DNA of 64,000 nt from an uncultured Actinomyces sp. (GTDB taxonomy: Bacteria; Actinomycetota; Actinomycetes; Actinomycetales; Actinomycetaceae): contig CAYFWE010000002.1 in the NCBI GenBank assembly GCA_964346745.1, positions 30,570 to 94,569 on the forward strand, in the 5' to 3' direction. Below are positions 1 to 9,986 of the stretch, piece after piece; position 1 is the stretch's first letter, and every line of letters starts with the position of its first letter. The translations under genes and the position numbers were made by a program. Below the pieces are notes generated by a model. It had not been told where the DNA came from and made no database searches. It saw nothing but the letters and a program-made list of their open reading frames with translations.

Positions 1-2354
1 CAGATGGAAAATACGGTTTGGATGGGGATCGCCTCTGGGTCACAGTTTGGGAAGGTGACGCCGAGACGATCGACATTCTGACCAAACAGATCGGGATGGA
101 CCCAAAACACATCATTGCCCTGCCAAGGGAAGAAAACTTTTGGTCCACCGGCCAGCCCGGACCTGCGGGTCCCTGCTGCGAATGGCACTACGACCGCGGG
201 CCGGCCTACGGGCCGGAAGCTGAAGGTGGCAATGTCGACCCCGGAGGGGACCGCTACTTAGAGCTATGGAACCTCGTTTTCGACCAGTACATGAGAGGCC
301 CGGGTGAGGGCCAAGATTACGAGCTGCTTCACGAGCTTGAGCGTAAAGCTATCGACACCGGTGCCGGTTTGGAACGTCTAGCATTCGTCCTGCAAGACAA
401 GCCCAATATGTTTGAAACCGACCAGGTGCGTCCGGTGATCACCAAGGTCGAAGAGATTACCGGTAAACGGTACGGCGCCAATCAGCAAGATGACGTGCGG
501 ATGCGAGTCATCGCAGATCACGTGCGCTCATCCATGATGCTGATCAACGACGGGGTGCGCCCAGGCAACGATGGGGCGGGATACGTGCTTCGACGCTTGA
601 TGCGCCGTTCAGTCCGATCAGTGCGCTTGCTGGGCGTGGACGAAGTTACGCTGCCGGAACTATTCCCCGTTTCGCGTGATGCGATGGCGCCCTCATACCC
701 CGATTTGCTGACGAACTGGGAAACCATCAGCGATGTAGCGTACGGGGAAGAACTGTCGTTCCGACGCACTCTCGACGCGGGGACCACAATCTTTGATCTC
801 GCCGCCCAAAAAGCCAAGACATCCGCGGGTAGTGAGCCAGCATCCCTGTCGGGCGAGGACGCATTCGCACTGCATGACACCTATGGTTTCCCGATCGACC
901 TCACCCTGGAAATGGCTTCGGAAAAGGGTATTCGCGTCGATGAGGCCGAGTTCCGGAAGCTAATGGAAGAACAGCGTGCGCGGGCTCGAGCAGACGCGCA
1001 GGCCAAGAAAGTTGGCCACGTTGACGCAAAAGTCTTCCACGATGTAATCGCTAACGCGGGGACGACAGAATTCATTGGTTACGACCAATCAACTGGTGAA
1101 GGTCAGATTGCTGGACTCCTCGTTGACGGTGTGTCGCAACCGGTTGTCGAGGGCCCTGCCCAAGTGGACGTAATCCTGACACGGACGCCTTTCTATGCGG
1201 AAGCTGGCGGGCAACTCGCTGACCACGGGACGATCCGAACTGACACCGGGGCTGAACTAGAAGTCTTCGATGTGCAAAGCCCGATTAAGGGCCTGTCCGT
1301 ACACCGCACGCAACTGCCAGCGGGCACGGTTGCCGTGGGCGACAAAACATTCGCGCAAATCGATGCGGACCGACGCTTAGCCATAGCCCGAGCACACACA
1401 TCCACTCACATGGTGCACAAGGCACTGCACGAGGTCATCTCTGACCAAGCAACTCAAGCCGGTTCAGAAAACTCGCCCTCACGCATGCGCCTGGACTTCC
1501 GCCACAGCAAGGCTTTGAGCGACACGCAAGTCAGCGATATAGAGGCGCTCGTCAACGACAAACTCATGGACGACCTCGAAATCGTCGAAACCGTGATGAG
1601 CCTTGAAGAGGCGAAAGCATCCGGCGCCATGGCGCTCTTCGGGGAGAAATACGGCAAAGATGTTCGCGTTGTGTCCATTGGTGGCGACTGGTCGCGCGAA
1701 ATCTGTTTGGGCACGCACGTTCCGTCAACCGGGCGCATTGGGCGGCTAAATGTTCTTTCCGAATCTTCAATCGGATCGGGTGTACGCCGGATCGAAGCTC
1801 TTGTCTCCGACTCTTCATACCAGTTCCAAGCCGCCGAACACGCCCTAGTCTCTCAGCTCTCAGCCATGTTGCATGGGAAGCCAGAGGAACTACCTCAAAA
1901 AGTTTCGGGACTTCTTGACAAGATGAAACTCGCCGAAAAACAGCTTGCTTCACTCCAGAGTCAAGTGCTGCTCGCTCAAGCAGCACAGATTGCTGCCGGT
2001 GCAGCACGGCAAGGCGACGTCTTACTGGCACGGGCCGATCTGGGAACAGTCTCGTCGGCAGACGCAATCAGAGACGTCGTGCTGGATGTCCGCTCGCGTT
2101 TGACAGAAGGTGAAGCGGCAGTTGTCGCCGCAGCCGGTGTCGTCGGCCTCAAACCGGTGATTGTGGTCGCGACAAACCAAACAGCACGCGATCTGGGGGT
2201 AAAGGCAGGCGACCTGGTGCGCATAGGAGCGAAAGCTCTTGGAGGTGGGGGCGGTGGAAAGCCTGACTTCGCTCAAGGCGGGGGCACAGACGCTAACGCG
2301 GTGCAGGAAGCCCTCGAAGCAATATCTGCACATCTGAGCAAGGAGAGATCCTGA
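1..2354 (+). CDS. alaS: Alanine--tRNA ligase, C-terminal ~780 aa; the 5' end lies outside the window
   Basis: The frame is open from the window edge (in phase from nt 3). AlaRS motifs are present: FWSTGQPGPAGPCCEWHYD, editing-domain HTSTHMVHKALH, and a C-terminal GGGGGGKPDFAQGGG tail. Confidence 0.95.
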   Translation, partial: DGKYGLDGDRLWVTVWEGDAETIDILTKQIGMDPKHIIALPREENFWSTGQPGPAGPCCEWHYDRGPAYGPEAEGGNVDPGGDRYLELWNLVFDQYMRGPGEGQDYELLHELERKAIDTGAGLERLAFVLQDKPNMFETDQVRPVITKVEEITGKRYGANQQDDVRMRVIADHVRSSMMLINDGVRPGNDGAGYVLRRLMRRSVRSVRLLGVDEVTLPELFPVSRDAMAPSYPDLLTNWETISDVAYGEELSFRRTLDAGTTIFDLAAQKAKTSAGSEPASLSGEDAFALHDTYGFPIDLTLEMASEKGIRVDEAEFRKLMEEQRARARADAQAKKVGHVDAKVFHDVIANAGTTEFIGYDQSTGEGQIAGLLVDGVSQPVVEGPAQVDVILTRTPFYAEAGGQLADHGTIRTDTGAELEVFDVQSPIKGLSVHRTQLPAGTVAVGDKTFAQIDADRRLAIARAHTSTHMVHKALHEVISDQATQAGSENSPSRMRLDFRHSKALSDTQVSDIEALVNDKLMDDLEIVETVMSLEEAKASGAMALFGEKYGKDVRVVSIGGDWSREICLGTHVPSTGRIGRLNVLSESSIGSGVRRIEALVSDSSYQFQAAEHALVSQLSAMLHGKPEELPQKVSGLLDKMKLAEKQLASLQSQVLLAQAAQIAAGAARQGDVLLARADLGTVSSADAIRDVVLDVRSRLTEGEAAVVAAAGVVGLKPVIVVATNQTARDLGVKAGDLVRIGAKALGGGGGGKPDFAQGGGTDANAVQEALEAISAHLSKERS

Positions 2355-2374
2355 GTCGGGGCCCACGCGTCGGT

Positions 2375-2839
2375 TTGGACTATGGACAGACGCGTATCGG
2401 GGTTGCTTATTCACCTGGTGATGCTGCTATTGCAATCCCTCTAGAAACCATTCGCGCCAAACCACTTGCACGCGCGCTGCGGCAGATCGCCAAACTGACA
2501 GAAGACAAGCGAGCAGTTGAGATCGTCGTCGGCCTTCCTCGTCACCTGAGCGGCCAAGAAGGCGCCTCCGCTCAGGCAGCTCGTCAGTTCGCCGAGTCCC
2601 TTGCTACGCTCTTGCCCAAGATACGGGTTTGCCTCGTTGACGAGCGACGATCAACCTTGTCTGCGAAGGCGCTTCTGCATGAAAGGGGCGTTGCGGAGCG
2701 TGACCAGCGAAAAATGGTGGACTCAGTGGCTGCACAAGTGATACTGGAACAAGCACTGGAGCTCGAACGGTTTACTGGGGCGCCACCGGGTGAAACCGTG
2801 AAGGGCGAAGATGCACGCGGAGAGGATGTCAATGGCTAA
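2375..2839 (+). CDS. ruvX: YqgF/RuvX-type putative pre-16S rRNA nuclease (Holliday-junction-resolvase-like)
   Basis: 154-aa ORF with LDYGQTRIGVAYS and GLPRHLSGQEG motifs. It lies directly after alaS. TTG 2375 is the first available start, so the true start is uncertain. Confidence 0.85.
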   Translation: MDYGQTRIGVAYSPGDAAIAIPLETIRAKPLARALRQIAKLTEDKRAVEIVVGLPRHLSGQEGASAQAARQFAESLATLLPKIRVCLVDERRSTLSAKALLHERGVAERDQRKMVDSVAAQVILEQALELERFTGAPPGETVKGEDARGEDVNG

Positions 2840-4286
2840 CGACTCACCAAAAGGCACCGAGCGTGATCCGTCACCACCCCCGTTCCCGTCCCGACGAGAA
2901 ATCCACGGGTCACGCATCCCCTCACGCAAGGGAGGACCACCGACCTCATCCGTCCCACGAACCCCAAGACCCACCCGCACTCCAGAAACCTCGCCGCCCG
3001 TGGCTTCGCCCACCCGTCGCGTAGATGCAGCGAAACCGGTGGAACCAGCATCTCCACCAACCTCAGAAACCAAGCCGGCCTTTCCCACCCGTCGACAACA
3101 TTTGACTGAGACAGGGGCCCTGCCGGTATCGAAGAAGCGAGCCAAAGCAGGGGCCCCCCAGCCTGCGATTCGAAAAACCGCTCCGGTAGCGACAGTAAAA
3201 AAACCGGCTCAAGTAAAAGCGAAGCGCGCGCCCAAATGGCGCGTAGCGCTCGTACTCATCATTCTTGTGGCCCTCGTTGGAGGAGCCGTTTATCTGGCGC
3301 TGAATACCTTGGGACGCACATCAACGACCGCACAGGAAGAGTTAGACTTCCCCGGCCCGGGTGAAGGCAGCGTAGAGGTGACGATCACCAGTGGTGAAGT
3401 GGGTTCTGAAATCGGTCGGACGTTGGTGGACGCCGGGGTAGTAAAGACAGTTCAAGGCTTCACTAGGGCGTTTGAAGGCAACTCGGCGGCAGCAACCATC
3501 AAGCCGGGCACATATACCCTAAAACTGGGCATGACTTCAGCCGCTGCACTTGCGGCTCTCTTGGACGAAGCGAACCGACGCGACAATGCGATCACTGTGA
3601 ACGCCGGGCAGACAGCGGAACAGGTATTTGAAAAGCTCGTGACCGTAGGTGGGTTCACTGATGCGCAAATCGAAGAAGCCTTGAGCGATCCAGATGCTCT
3701 CGGTTTACCCGCTGAAGCCGATGGTAATGTAGAAGGTTGGTTGGGTACGGGCTCCTACGAACTCGGTACAGACGCTACTGCCAGCGATGCGCTAACCGCG
3801 ATGATCGATGCCACTAAGGCAAAGCTCAAGGATCTGGATGCGCCCGAAGATCAATGGCAAGAGATCCTGATCAAAGCGTCCATTTTGGAACGTGAAGCGG
3901 GATTAGAAGAAGATATGCCGAAGGTTGCGCGAGTCATTTCGAACCGTTTGGCACAACCAGACGCCGAAACGCACGGGTTGCTGCAGATGGACTCGACGGT
4001 GCTCTACGGAGTCGGTAAACGTGGCGGCCTACCCACTTCGGAAGATCTGGAGTCGGACACCCCCTACAACACCTACAAGGTGAAAGGCTTACCACCGACT
4101 CCAATTGCTTCGCCCTCTACCGCCGCGATTGAGGCGACGCTGCATCCGGCCGAAGGTGATTGGCTGTATTTCGTAACAGTGAACTTGGATACCGGAGAAA
4201 CTCTTTTCACGTCAGACCTAGACAAGCAGACTGAAAACATCGAACTGCTGCGCCAATGGTGTGAAGCAAATGAGGGTAGGTGCTAG
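2832..4286 (+). CDS. mltG: Endolytic murein transglycosylase MltG (YceG family) with a long Pro/Thr/Arg-rich N-terminal tail
   Basis: YceG motifs LQMDSTVLYG and YNTYKVKGLPPTPIASPS are present. A single TM helix (WRVALVLIILVALVGGAVYLAL) follows about 140 low-complexity residues. The ORF opens at 2811, but ATG 2832 has a GGAGAGG SD upstream. Confidence 0.85.
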   Translation: MANDSPKGTERDPSPPPFPSRREIHGSRIPSRKGGPPTSSVPRTPRPTRTPETSPPVASPTRRVDAAKPVEPASPPTSETKPAFPTRRQHLTETGALPVSKKRAKAGAPQPAIRKTAPVATVKKPAQVKAKRAPKWRVALVLIILVALVGGAVYLALNTLGRTSTTAQEELDFPGPGEGSVEVTITSGEVGSEIGRTLVDAGVVKTVQGFTRAFEGNSAAATIKPGTYTLKLGMTSAAALAALLDEANRRDNAITVNAGQTAEQVFEKLVTVGGFTDAQIEEALSDPDALGLPAEADGNVEGWLGTGSYELGTDATASDALTAMIDATKAKLKDLDAPEDQWQEILIKASILEREAGLEEDMPKVARVISNRLAQPDAETHGLLQMDSTVLYGVGKRGGLPTSEDLESDTPYNTYKVKGLPPTPIASPSTAAIEATLHPAEGDWLYFVTVNLDTGETLFTSDLDKQTENIELLRQWCEANEGRC

Positions 4287-5187
4287 TCCTGTGACTAAGT
4301 GGGCCGCCGTCATCGGCTCCCCGATAGACCACTCACTATCGCCGGCTCTTCATCGCAAAGCATTCGAACTGCTCGGTCTAGATTGGGAGTACCAAAAAAT
4401 TGAGGTCACTCCTGATGAGCTGACGTCTTTTGTCCAAGACTTAGATGGCGAGTGTGTCGGCCTAAGTGTCACCGCCCCTTTGAAACGAGACTTGTTGGCG
4501 CTAGCCGATGCTGTCGACGGGATGGCCCGACTAACAGAAGCCGGCAATACGCTTGCAGTTGCAGCCGGCATGAAAACGGTTTTCAATACGGACGTACACG
4601 GCATTGTTGAAACGGTTCAGCCGCACATAGTTCCGTTAGCGGATCGGATGGCGCGCACCTTAGCGGTCCTTCAAGACACTCCCAGTCAGGTTGGACCATT
4701 GGCGGGCTTGGATGCACCCGTGATTTTGGGTACCGGCGCGACGGCTGCATCGGCCTTGGCTGCGGTGAAGTCGCTCGGGGCAACAAAGGCGTACGTGGTG
4801 GGCCGAAACTTCTCAGGTACACACAACCCATTCGTTATCGCCAACGAAATTGGGTTGGACCTGCACACCGTATTGTGGCGGGTAACAGACCGTTACCTTG
4901 ATGTCTTCGAACGGGCACCTTTGGTCATTTCGACGGTGCCTCCAGCCGTGACGGCCGATCTGGCATCGCGGTTGAAGCCTGACTCGGGTGCTGTTCTCTT
5001 AGACGTCACCTATTCGGCTGGGCATACCCCCCTGGAGAAAGCCTTTGCGACTACTGGAGCCAAAGTAACTTCCCCACTCGAGATGCTCACGATACAAGGA
5101 ATTGCTCAGGTAAAAATCTGGACCTCGCAGGATGTTCCCTTCGACCCGGTTTACGACGCAGTCTTGCGCGCCGCCAACCGGCGATGA
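4261..5187 (+). CDS. aroE: Shikimate 5-dehydrogenase
   Basis: N-terminus AAVIGSPIDHSLSPALH, a Rossmann-like LGTGATAAS segment, and mltG-aroE synteny. The start is ambiguous (GTG 4261, ATG 4270 or GTG 4291). Confidence 0.85.
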   Translation: MKQMRVGASPVTKWAAVIGSPIDHSLSPALHRKAFELLGLDWEYQKIEVTPDELTSFVQDLDGECVGLSVTAPLKRDLLALADAVDGMARLTEAGNTLAVAAGMKTVFNTDVHGIVETVQPHIVPLADRMARTLAVLQDTPSQVGPLAGLDAPVILGTGATAASALAAVKSLGATKAYVVGRNFSGTHNPFVIANEIGLDLHTVLWRVTDRYLDVFERAPLVISTVPPAVTADLASRLKPDSGAVLLDVTYSAGHTPLEKAFATTGAKVTSPLEMLTIQGIAQVKIWTSQDVPFDPVYDAVLRAANRR

Positions 5188-5915
5188 GCTTGCCGGCTCT
5201 AGAAACCGTCCTCGCCGTTACCTTCGCGCTGGCAAACATGGGTTGGATCTGGTCCCGAGGAGCACAGCTCTGGGTCGACTACGTCCCTGGGCCGCCACCA
5301 AAAGAGAAATACCTGGTTGTCTGGCCGCTGATCCTAGGGATGCTCGTCTTCCTCATCGGCGTTGTCGCACCTAGGGGGGCGCCCGGTGGTTGGGGGTGGC
5401 CGATTGGTTCCAGCGCGCCCGCCACCACGGTTGGCGCTGGACTGGCTTTGCCAATAGGCATGACATTAGCAACCTTGGGCCCGCTGGCCGCTGCTATAGA
5501 TAGTCGCAGCCAACGCCTGCCCGATTTGCTGACGGCCTTCATGGGCATCGAAGTGTTCATCGCCATTCTCATTACCCCGCTGCTCACGGTGACTTCTCAA
5601 GCTTGGTATCCAGCTATTTTTGCCGCCACGGCTGTTTGGGTTTTTCCTCTCGCGCTGGGCCGCACTTTGAGACAGGTGGGTTTGGGCGACGTGAAGATCG
5701 CAGCGGTGCTGGGCGCCGCCCTAGGCACGAGTTCCTTCCGCGTCGCTGTTTTGGGTCTGTCAGCAGCATTCGTCGCAGCCGCAATTTACGCCCTCGTACC
5801 CAAATCAAGCAGGCGGAGTAGTTCCCGAATCGCATTGGGACCCTTCCTAATCGGCGGTGCCCTGTTGTCGTGGTGTCTAGCGGGCCTTGGAACTGCTAAC
5901 CCAGTCTTCGCGTGA
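5184..5915 (+). CDS. A24-family prepilin (type IV leader) peptidase-like membrane protein
   Basis: Polytopic membrane ORF with two Asp motifs (IDSRSQRLPD and GLGDVKIAAVLG). Its start overlaps the aroE stop as ATGA. From memory, mycobacteria carry a homolog at the same place in the aro cluster. Confidence 0.6.
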   Translation: MSLPALETVLAVTFALANMGWIWSRGAQLWVDYVPGPPPKEKYLVVWPLILGMLVFLIGVVAPRGAPGGWGWPIGSSAPATTVGAGLALPIGMTLATLGPLAAAIDSRSQRLPDLLTAFMGIEVFIAILITPLLTVTSQAWYPAIFAATAVWVFPLALGRTLRQVGLGDVKIAAVLGAALGTSSFRVAVLGLSAAFVAAAIYALVPKSSRRSSSRIALGPFLIGGALLSWCLAGLGTANPVFA

Positions 5916-5933
5916 CTGTGGAAAGCTTGAACC

Positions 5934-7169
5934 ATGTTGAAATGGACAACCGCTGGAGAGTCTCATGGTCCAGCCCTAGTAGCAACCCTGGAAGGCGTCC
6001 CTGCCGGCGTGCATGTGGACACCGCACTCATCAACGATGCGCTCGCCGAGCGCCGCCTTGGATACGGGCGGGGAGCTAGACAAAAGTTTGAGAAAGACAA
6101 AGTAGAGATCCTCACCGGCGTCCGCCATGGGAAAAGCACCGGAGCCCCCATCACTATCCTCATCCACAACTCTGAATGGCCAAAATGGCGAACCGTGATG
6201 AGTGCCGACCCAGTGCCACCGGAAGACCTACTTGTCGACGCTGGAAAAGGCGACAAACGCGAAATGGCCCGTAACCGCTCGCTCACGCGGCCCCGTCCCG
6301 GTCACGCCGACCTTGCCGGCGCGCTTTCTTACCGCCACGAGGACGCCCGCAATATTCTCGAGCGAGCCTCCGCACGCGAAACGGCTGCGCGTGTGGCATT
6401 GGGTGCGATCGCCAAACAGCTCCTGCTGCAAACCTGCGGCGCTGAAGTTGTGTCCCACGTAGTCCAAGTTGGCCCCACTGTAGGGTCCTCATCTGCGAAA
6501 CCAACGCCCAGTCAGCGCGGACTCTTGCGTAACAGTCCGATGCGCACCCTGAGTGAAGAGGACGAAGCTTCCTTCATTCAAACAGTCGATACGGCAAGCA
6601 AAGAGCAGGAAACCGTTGGTGGAGTAGCCGAAATCATCGCGTACAACGTGCCGCTGGGCCTTGGCTCCCACGTGTCCGCCGAAGACAAATTGGACGCCGC
6701 GTTAGCGTGGGCACTCATGAGCATCCAATCGGCTAAGGCCATCGAAATCGGAGAGGGCTTCCAAACTGCTGCAACATTTGGTTCGGCAGCCCATGATGAA
6801 ATTCTGCTCGAGGACGGGACTGTGACCCGTGCCAGCAATCGTGCCGGCGGAATCGAAGGTGGCACCTCTAACGGGCAGCCAATTATCGCGCGCGTCGCGT
6901 TCAAACCGATTTCCACCGTACCTCGGGCCCTGGCCTCAGTGGACCTTTCCACAGGGGAAGCCACATCCGCATTCCATCAGCGCTCAGACACCTGTCAGGT
7001 CGTCCCTGGGGCCGTCATCGGCGAAGCCATGGTCGCCCTCGTCCTCGCCCAAATGCTTACCAAGCGCTACGGCGGCGCGTCGGTAGAGGAAGTCACCGAT
7101 CAAGTACGACTACAGGAGCGTTATGTATCGGCCCGGCTCCAGCCGAACATGGAAGGGAAGGTAAAGTGA
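5934..7169 (+). CDS. aroC: Chorismate synthase
   Basis: Motifs MLKWTTAGESHGPALV, GGIEGGTSNGQP and HQRSDTCQVVPGAV. Confidence 0.95.
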   Translation: MLKWTTAGESHGPALVATLEGVPAGVHVDTALINDALAERRLGYGRGARQKFEKDKVEILTGVRHGKSTGAPITILIHNSEWPKWRTVMSADPVPPEDLLVDAGKGDKREMARNRSLTRPRPGHADLAGALSYRHEDARNILERASARETAARVALGAIAKQLLLQTCGAEVVSHVVQVGPTVGSSSAKPTPSQRGLLRNSPMRTLSEEDEASFIQTVDTASKEQETVGGVAEIIAYNVPLGLGSHVSAEDKLDAALAWALMSIQSAKAIEIGEGFQTAATFGSAAHDEILLEDGTVTRASNRAGGIEGGTSNGQPIIARVAFKPISTVPRALASVDLSTGEATSAFHQRSDTCQVVPGAVIGEAMVALVLAQMLTKRYGGASVEEVTDQVRLQERYVSARLQPNMEGKVK

Positions 7170-8770
7170 CAACCGACCCACTCAACCTGCCCTGGTACCT
7201 AGTGGGCCTCCCTGGAAGCGGCAAATCTAAGGTCGGCAAGATCCTCGCCGGTATCCTCAACGTGCCCCACATCGACATCGATGCGCAAATCGAAGCGGAA
7301 ACTGGCCGAACGATCAACGCCATTTTCGAAGAGGATGGAGAACAGACGTTCCGCCGTTTAGAAGCCGAGGCGGTCCTGGCCACAGCTAAGAGCCCCGCTG
7401 TCGTTTCTTTAGGTGGGGGAGCAGTGGAAACCCCGGCGGTCGCACGCTTCTTGGAAAACAGAACGGTAGTGTGGATTGACGCGCCGCTAGACCTGCTCTT
7501 GGTTCGCGTAAGTCGGAACAATAACCGACCACTCTTACGGAACGATCCCCGCTCAGTGCTAACAAAACTGAAAGAACGTCGGGATCCGATTTTCAAGTCA
7601 TTGGCCTCGGTCCGAGTTGAATCAAGTTCTAAGCCGGCCCAAGTAACAGCCAGGGCCATCTTCAATGGTCTAACTGGCTGGGACTACGCCGCCGTGCGCG
7701 GAACGAAACCATATTTCGTTGTGACAGGCCCGGGAACGCGCCACATTCTTGGGAACTATCTTCCATCTGACGCCACTAAAGCATTCTTAGTTGCACCCGC
7801 AGCTCTAGCGGAAGAGGCCGAAAAGATAGCGGCCACGATTGAAGAGTGCGGTTTGGCCACAACCACGTTCCTACACCCGAACGGGGAGCAAGCCAAGGAC
7901 ATCTCCGTTGTCGCTGACGCCTGGGACACGCTGGGAGAGGCTCGCGTGGGGCGCCGTGATCTAGTGATCACGTTGGGTGGGGGAGTGACTACCGACTTGG
8001 GGGGATTCATCGCTGCAACCTGGTTGCGCGGCATCCCGGTAATCCACCTACCCACCACGCTATTGGCGATGGTTGACGCCGCAGTCGGCGGCAAGACGGG
8101 TATTGATATTCCAGCTGGGAAGAACCTCGTCGGGGCCTTTCACGATCCGCTTGCCGTCTTAGTCGACATCGATTTTCTGACCAGCCTGCCCCAAGAAGAA
8201 TATGCCGCGGGAATGGCCGAAGCCGTCAAAACTGGTTTGATTGAGGACGCGCAGATCTTGAATCAGATTCAGGCCCACCCGGAAATCAGACGTGTAGCGT
8301 GGGCCAGCAGCGATGGCCGTGACATTGCAACTGATATCGTGCGCCGTTCCATAGACGTCAAAGCTCGCATCGTCAGTGCAGATCGCCTTGAAGGTGGCCT
8401 ACGCGAAGTCTTGAACTATGGCCACACTCTGGCACACGCCATCGAACGCGCCGAAAACTACACGATGCGCCACGGTGAGGCCGTGGCGATCGGGGCTGTC
8501 TTCGCGGCCCACTTGGCAGTCCAGTTGGGTATTGCCCCACCGGAACTACCAGCCCAGCACGAAGAGGCTTTCACCTCCCTAGGACTGCCCACACGCTACA
8601 GCGGTGACGTAGATGTTCTACTGGAGGGGATGGCCACCGATAAGAAAGTTCGACAAGGCCAACTTCGCTTCGTCCTTCTAAGCGAGGTCGGTAACCCATT
8701 CGTCCGTACCGTAGATCCCGAAATGGTCCGCAAAGTCGCCTCCCAAATCATCAAGACAGAGCCACAATGA
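7166..8770 (+). CDS. aroKB: Bifunctional shikimate kinase / 3-dehydroquinate synthase (single fused ORF)
   Basis: The N-terminal ~170 aa is a canonical shikimate kinase (GLPGSGKSKVG, DIDAQIE, SLGGGAV, NRPLL). The rest is AroB (GGGVTTDLGGF, AAVGGKTGID, NYGHTLAHAIE). There is no stop between the two parts. The start overlaps the aroC stop as GTGA. Confidence 0.9.
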   Translation: MTTDPLNLPWYLVGLPGSGKSKVGKILAGILNVPHIDIDAQIEAETGRTINAIFEEDGEQTFRRLEAEAVLATAKSPAVVSLGGGAVETPAVARFLENRTVVWIDAPLDLLLVRVSRNNNRPLLRNDPRSVLTKLKERRDPIFKSLASVRVESSSKPAQVTARAIFNGLTGWDYAAVRGTKPYFVVTGPGTRHILGNYLPSDATKAFLVAPAALAEEAEKIAATIEECGLATTTFLHPNGEQAKDISVVADAWDTLGEARVGRRDLVITLGGGVTTDLGGFIAATWLRGIPVIHLPTTLLAMVDAAVGGKTGIDIPAGKNLVGAFHDPLAVLVDIDFLTSLPQEEYAAGMAEAVKTGLIEDAQILNQIQAHPEIRRVAWASSDGRDIATDIVRRSIDVKARIVSADRLEGGLREVLNYGHTLAHAIERAENYTMRHGEAVAIGAVFAAHLAVQLGIAPPELPAQHEEAFTSLGLPTRYSGDVDVLLEGMATDKKVRQGQLRFVLLSEVGNPFVRTVDPEMVRKVASQIIKTEPQ

Positions 8771-9327
8771 CTGAGCACTCTTCCCCCTCGATCATCATTT
8801 TAGGTGTGTCCGGGAGCGGCAAGACCGAGGTCGCGCAGGCGTTGTCCGATGCGTTGGACGCCACCTGTATCGAGAACACGACGCTCGCCGAAGAAAACCT
8901 CGGGGCCCCACTTAGCGAGATGATGACCGATGATCCAGAGCGTGCCTTAGAAGCGTTAGCAGTGGCAGCATCAGAATTGTTAGCCAATTCGCTGGAAAGT
9001 CACGTTCTGGTGCTCAGTCCATCCGCAGTTCTGAACCCTGAGGTCCGGGAGAAACTGCTAAGTGCAAAGAAACGGGGCGCACTCGTCGTTGGTTTGCGGG
9101 CGCCTCTCCAAACCCTAGTTAGACGCACCGGGCTCAATGCGCCCCAACCGGTTCCATTAGGGGCTCCCCGCGCTTGGTTTCGCGCTCAAGTTGCCGAGCT
9201 CGAAGGGGCGTATTCGGACCTGGTGGATCTTTGGTGCGATACTGGCACTGGCGATGCGGAAATGACCGCAAGACTAATCAAAGAAGAATTGGCTCTCCGA
9301 ACGGGTGGGTCAAGCTTCACGGACTAG
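8767..9327 (+). CDS. Shikimate-kinase-like P-loop protein, probably with a degenerate substrate site
   Basis: 186-aa ORF coupled to aroKB by an ATGA overlap. It has a Walker A motif (GVSGSGKT) and is collinear with shikimate kinase, but DxD is replaced by IEN and GGG by SPS. Confidence 0.55.
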   Translation: MTEHSSPSIIILGVSGSGKTEVAQALSDALDATCIENTTLAEENLGAPLSEMMTDDPERALEALAVAASELLANSLESHVLVLSPSAVLNPEVREKLLSAKKRGALVVGLRAPLQTLVRRTGLNAPQPVPLGAPRAWFRAQVAELEGAYSDLVDLWCDTGTGDAEMTARLIKEELALRTGGSSFTD

Positions 9328-9339
9328 AAAGCAGATTTT

Positions 9340-9903
9340 GTGGCAACGACAAACGACTTGAAGAACGGCATGATCCTGGTCATCGACGGCAACCTATGGC
9401 AGGTTGTCGAATTCCAGCATGTAAAGCCGGGGAAAGGCCCGGCCTTCGTGCGTACGAAGATCCGCAACGTCCTTTCGGGCAAGACTGTCGACAAAACGTT
9501 TAACGCCGGGGTAAAGGTAGAGACGGCAACAGTGGACCGGCGGGACATGACCTATCTGTATCACGATGGGGAAGACTACGTATTCATGGATGACAGTACG
9601 TACGACCAGATCCCACTTACGCCAGAAATCCTGGGCGACACGTCGAACTACCTAATCGAAAACCAGCGGGCCGTTGTGGCGTTCCATGGTGACCAGGTCC
9701 TGTCAGTGGAACTTCCGGCCACTGTCTCCCTGCGCATCACTCACACCGAACCGGGTCTGCAAGGGGATCGTTCTTCGGCAGGAACGAAGCCGGCCATCGT
9801 CGAAACTGGCTACGAACTGCAGGTTCCTCTCTATATGGACGAAGACACGCTGATTAAAGTTGACACTCGCACCGGCGAATTCGCTGGCCGCGACAACGAG
9901 TAG
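9340..9903 (+). CDS. efp: Elongation factor P
   Basis: N-terminus [43 protein letters not shown], including the KPGKG loop. Confidence 0.95.
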   Translation: MATTNDLKNGMILVIDGNLWQVVEFQHVKPGKGPAFVRTKIRNVLSGKTVDKTFNAGVKVETATVDRRDMTYLYHDGEDYVFMDDSTYDQIPLTPEILGDTSNYLIENQRAVVAFHGDQVLSVELPATVSLRITHTEPGLQGDRSSAGTKPAIVETGYELQVPLYMDEDTLIKVDTRTGEFAGRDNE

Positions 9904-9931
9904 GTAGCTCCGCAACTCCAAATACAAGACT

Positions 9932-9954
9932 GGCCCGCCGCATCCCGGCGGGCC
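9932..9954 (+). terminator. GC-rich stem-loop downstream of efp (possible intrinsic terminator without a U-tract)
   Basis: GGCCCGCCG (9932-9940) pairs perfectly with CGGCGGGCC (9946-9954) around a 5-nt loop. It starts 29 nt after the efp stop. Confidence 0.4.
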
Positions 9955-9986
9955 TTGGCACCGCAAAGCAACGAAGGGACACCGCC

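Noticed and set aside
2880-3260. Pro/Thr/Arg/Ser-rich segment at the start of the mltG ORF, considered as a separate gene or DNA repeat
   Set aside because: It is continuous in frame with the TM helix and YceG domain. This is low-complexity protein sequence without exact nucleotide repeats, as is common for actinobacterial MltG tails.
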